A DNA stretch of 64,000 nucleotides. Origin: an uncultured Acidobacteriota bacterium. GTDB taxonomy: Bacteria; Acidobacteriota; Thermoanaerobaculia; UBA5066; Gp7-AA6. Position numbers and translations under genes: made by a program. This document shows positions 60,963-64,000 of the stretch, piece by piece. The DNA lies in contig CAWDEF010000001.1 of assembly GCA_963801275.1 (NCBI GenBank), forward strand, positions 281,816 through 345,815, in the 5' to 3' direction. The notes beneath the pieces were generated by a model. It searched no databases. It was not told where the DNA came from and worked only from the letters and a program-made list of their open reading frames with translations. Each line of letters begins with the position of its first letter. The first letter of the stretch is position 1.

Positions 60963-63617
60963 GTGCCCGGGAGCGGTTTGCGCGAGCGAGTGAAAAGAGT
61001 GAACAGAACCTACAGGATTCGAGTCAGGCGCCTGGCCGCCACGTCGCTCATTGCAAGCCTTTTCGCCGCCGCCTCGGCGCTCTGCCAGGGGATGGTCTCG
61101 ACGCAGGATGGCCTCTCCCTGTCGCTCGGCGCTGGGGGCGCCGTCGAGAGCCTCAAGGTCGAGGGCGTCGAATACGCTTCGGCTGCCCTGCCATCCGGAT
61201 TCACCTACCGCGAGCTTCCCGCGACGGCGACGGACATCGCACCCAATGGGTCCTTCGAGGACGGGTCGGGTAAGCCGATCTCCTGGGGTTGGAGCGACGA
61301 CAACGCCGGCTTCTGGTCGTGGGATGACCGACTCGCCATCGCCGGATCGCGCTCTCTTCGCCTGGACGTTCCCGGCTCGACTCCCAGGCGAAGCCCGACG
61401 CTGACGTCGGTGGCCTTTCCGATTCGAGCAGGCACACCGTACACTTTTTCCTGTCAGTTTCGAACGGAGGGATTGAGCTCTCACCTCGACTTGTATGTGG
61501 TCGAGCGGTACGCTGACGGAAGCGGAGTCCAGAGGGGTGTCGTCAGCAGTTCCGGAACAACGGACTGGCAAGGACGCGCCCTGACCTTCACCTCGAGCCC
61601 CAGCGCCGTCTCAGCTTCCTTTCGGGTCGATATCTCAAACGGCTATGGAACGGCGTGGATCGATGACGTCCGGATGCTGGACCTCTTCGCGGGTCGCTCG
61701 GCGATCGCCTTCCCGGGCGCGGTAGCCCAAGACTCCAAGCAGCTCGTCTTCACGGGGTCCGACGGCGGCCTCGACCTCTCCGCGCGATTTACGGACGTCG
61801 ACACCGCCCTGCGGGTGGACGTGACGCTGACCGACTCGAGCGGGCGTGACAGGGCCATCGAGCTCTCGTTCGGTCTACCGCTCGCGGTCCCCGGATGGAT
61901 CTGGGACGACGACTTCGTGACTCCAATGACCATCGCCTCCAGGGTGCGCTACGAGAACCTCGATAAGGGCTTTGGAGATCAAACGCTCGGGCACACTCAT
62001 TCGACGTATCCTTTTGCTGCCGTGCAAGGACCGGGCGCCGCCCTTTCGCTGGCTGTGCCCATGGGGCCCTCGATGTACCGGCTCGCGTACGACGACGCCG
62101 GCGGTTTCCGAGCGACCTACGATCTGGGTCTCTCACCGGCAACGGCCAGACACCCCTCCACGGCCGAGGTCTCCTTCTGGATCTACAGACAGGATCCCCA
62201 GTGGGGATTGCGGTCCACCGCCGAAAAGTACTATGCCCTGAACGCGGCGGCGTTCACGACGTTCGCCCGCGAGCAGGGGGCCTGGGTCCTGGGGAACAGG
62301 CAGCCGATCCAGTCGGTCCCCGACCCGCAAGACTTCGGCTGGGCCTATCACGAGCAAGACAACGAGCTCGCCTTCGATAATGCGAGCGGCATCGTCGCCC
62401 TCCACTACGTGAGTCCCACCGCCTGGACGAGGAAGTTTCCCGACCATGTCGGCCAGCCGCAGCCCTCCTACTCCATCCTCGCCTTGGCGATCGAGAATGA
62501 CCTGAAGGATCCCGTCCGACTCAGCGAAGATGGTGTTCCCGTCTCCCGAATGGCGGCTTCGATCATGGAGACCGCCCCGTACGACCAGAAGGGGCTCTAC
62601 CCGCTCTTCTACAACTCGTACTACTGGAGAAGCGGAGGCGGGTGGCAAAAGTATCCGATGCTGCCGGATCCGGAGATGCCCGAGAGCCTGTACGGGATCG
62701 TCAAGGAGTACAGCGTCGACAATCGGATCTCCGCGGCGGAGCGGGCCGGCAGATCGCTCGGAGGAATCTTTCTCGACAACATCAGCGCGAATTTTGCCAA
62801 CATCGAGAACTACAGGAAGTCCCTCTGGGCCTATCTCGACTCACCGTTGAGCTTCTCCTACGCGACGGGGAGTGTGACCGCCTACGGCGGAGACTCGATT
62901 GCCAAGTTCTGCACTCGATTGCGCGCCGACCTCAACGTCCGGGGCCTCGTCCTCATGGGCAGCCTGAACACCTACGCCTGGTTTACGTCGGGGCTGGACA
63001 TCGTCGGCAGCGAGTCTCAGGGAGCGGGCGACCTGCAGCGTGCCTATGTTCAACGAGCGCTGAGCTACGGCAAGCCATGGACCAATCTGTTCGTGCCGGT
63101 CGGCGGCGCCGCACCAAAGGAAGAAGAGGTGCTCGCCTACCTGCGCCAGGCCCTGCTTCTCGGGTACTTTCCGGGGTTCAACGGCGTCTACTGGGATTCT
63201 CCGTCCTCATACGAGCGCGACCGGCACCTCTTTCGCCTCTACATCCCCCTGATCCGGACGGTAACTGCCGCCGGCTGGCGGCCCATCAACGGCGTGACCG
63301 TCTCGGATCCCGCGGTCCTCGTCGAGAGATTCGACGACGGGCGCGGCGACGTCTTCTATCTGACCGCGCAGAACACCGGCGGCGTCGCGGCCAAGCCACA
63401 GCTCACCCTCGACGGCCAGACGCTCGGTCTCGAGGACGGGAAGGTGACGGTGGAGGAGCTCGTCCGCGGAAGGGCCCTCGCGGCCTCCCGCGCCGGCGCC
63501 GACGCCGGCTTCGCCGACACGCTCGCCCCCGGCGAGACCGTCCTCTACCGCGTCACGGCGCCCCGGCCGTCCGGTCCCGACCGCGCCCCGACGCGCCACA
63601 TCGCCCCCCGCGGGTGA
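60963..63617 (+). CDS. large secreted hypothetical protein with N-terminal CBM-like (galactose-binding-like) domain
   Basis: In-frame GTG starts at 60963, 60990 and 60999. Signal peptide (RRLAATSLIASLFAAASALCQG). Block NGSFEDGSGKPISWGW ... AIAGSRSLRLD ... GTAWIDDVRM resembles CBM4/9/CenC-type modules. The remaining ~600 aa have no family I can place. Confidence 0.6.
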   Translation: MPGSGLRERVKRVNRTYRIRVRRLAATSLIASLFAAASALCQGMVSTQDGLSLSLGAGGAVESLKVEGVEYASAALPSGFTYRELPATATDIAPNGSFEDGSGKPISWGWSDDNAGFWSWDDRLAIAGSRSLRLDVPGSTPRRSPTLTSVAFPIRAGTPYTFSCQFRTEGLSSHLDLYVVERYADGSGVQRGVVSSSGTTDWQGRALTFTSSPSAVSASFRVDISNGYGTAWIDDVRMLDLFAGRSAIAFPGAVAQDSKQLVFTGSDGGLDLSARFTDVDTALRVDVTLTDSSGRDRAIELSFGLPLAVPGWIWDDDFVTPMTIASRVRYENLDKGFGDQTLGHTHSTYPFAAVQGPGAALSLAVPMGPSMYRLAYDDAGGFRATYDLGLSPATARHPSTAEVSFWIYRQDPQWGLRSTAEKYYALNAAAFTTFAREQGAWVLGNRQPIQSVPDPQDFGWAYHEQDNELAFDNASGIVALHYVSPTAWTRKFPDHVGQPQPSYSILALAIENDLKDPVRLSEDGVPVSRMAASIMETAPYDQKGLYPLFYNSYYWRSGGGWQKYPMLPDPEMPESLYGIVKEYSVDNRISAAERAGRSLGGIFLDNISANFANIENYRKSLWAYLDSPLSFSYATGSVTAYGGDSIAKFCTRLRADLNVRGLVLMGSLNTYAWFTSGLDIVGSESQGAGDLQRAYVQRALSYGKPWTNLFVPVGGAAPKEEEVLAYLRQALLLGYFPGFNGVYWDSPSSYERDRHLFRLYIPLIRTVTAAGWRPINGVTVSDPAVLVERFDDGRGDVFYLTAQNTGGVAAKPQLTLDGQTLGLEDGKVTVEELVRGRALAASRAGADAGFADTLAPGETVLYRVTAPRPSGPDRAPTRHIAPRG

Positions 63618-63806
63618 AGCCCCCTCGGACCGGCGCGTACTATATCAAGAGTGATATAGTCGGCGAGCGCCCCCAAGACCCTTCGGCGCCGACCCCTTGG
63701 TGCTCGAGGCGAAAGGTATCTTTCGCCTCCCACTTCGGTGGGCCCCTTGCCGGCGGTATGCTCTTGGCCCGAGGGCCGAAACGCCGATTTCAGATAGGGA
63801 GATGCG

Positions 63807-64000
63807 ATGAGAACGCCTCGACTGGCTGTCGCCGCCCTCGGGCTCGCACTTGCCGCGGCTGCCGCACCCGCCCGGTCTCAAGACGCGCCGCCGCTCGCCG
63901 AGCCCCGAAAGATCACGATCACCGCGCACAAATACGAGTTCAACCCTTCGAAAATCGAGCTCAAGGTCGGTGAACCGGTCGAGATCACGCTCGTGGCCGA
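63807..64000 (+). CDS. secreted cupredoxin-like domain protein, N-terminal fragment (runs off window end)
   Basis: AGGGAG RBS; signal peptide MRTPRLAVAALGLALAAAAAPARS; KITITAHKYEFNPSKIELKVGEPVEITLVA matches the first strands of cupredoxin / CoxII-like domains. Confidence 0.5.
   Translation, partial: MRTPRLAVAALGLALAAAAAPARSQDAPPLAEPRKITITAHKYEFNPSKIELKVGEPVEITLVA

Noticed and set aside
60842-60989. Prophage or integrative element at the tRNA-Lys 3-prime end
   Set aside because: No integrase, excisionase or attachment-site repeat is visible within the window. The observation is kept only as a compositional boundary.
63645-63929. Minus-strand 94-aa ORF overlapping the cupredoxin gene start
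   Set aside because: Arg-rich and without an RBS. It overlaps a better-supported plus-strand gene that has a signal peptide and an AGGGAG RBS.

Overview
This is a ~70% GC bacterial chromosomal segment, almost fully coding. The organism is not identifiable from sequence alone. Content suggests an Acidobacteria-, Gemmatimonadetes- or Myxococcota-like lineage: many DUF4388, TPR, HEAT and multiheme-cytochrome proteins, and Firmicute-like rpsF-rpsR-yybS-rplI synteny.

Most of the window is conserved housekeeping:
- rpsA, cmk, rluB, scpAB
- recG, rnpB, uvrC, uvrB
- class A PBP, rplI, DUF2232, rpsR, rpsF
- pth, rplY, prs, tRNA-Gln, ispE, a lolB-like gene
- dtd, murJ, ssb, nagZ, mutS, tsaB, rimI
- psd, pssA, hutUH, purA, tRNA-Lys

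I found no CRISPR array, integrase, transposase or recognisable defence-system genes.

The non-housekeeping content is signalling and envelope modules. They are ranked below by how unusual they look from sequence.
1. A pair of paralogous proteins at 37681-40636 carry tandem MshEN-type c-di-GMP-binding motifs. They have a shared uncharacterised C-terminal domain, flank an HU/IHF gene, and are followed by an M50 site-2 protease.
2. A uvrC-coupled operon at 14581-18001 encodes two DUF4388 proteins. One ends in a SPOR domain. The other adds a J-domain, TPR repeats and an internal MshEN-like motif.
3. A cNMP-binding-FHA fusion protein lies at 11731-12522.
4. An octaheme c-type cytochrome fused to HEAT and TPR repeats (31696-34056) is inserted into the conserved ispE / tRNA-Gln / prs neighbourhood.
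5. An ECF sigma, a zf-HC2 anti-sigma with HEAT repeats and a DUF4097 protein form one module (5122-8592). It sits divergent from an M50 protease.
6. A 1319-aa NtrY-like sensor kinase has no response regulator in the window. It is translationally coupled to a 489-aa lipoprotein.
7. tRNA-Lys is followed by a short lower-GC junction and a large secreted protein with a CBM-like domain.

Many gene junctions use 4-nt start/stop overlaps (GTGA, ATGA, TTGA). Two essential genes, pth and psd, lack canonical start codons at the expected positions.
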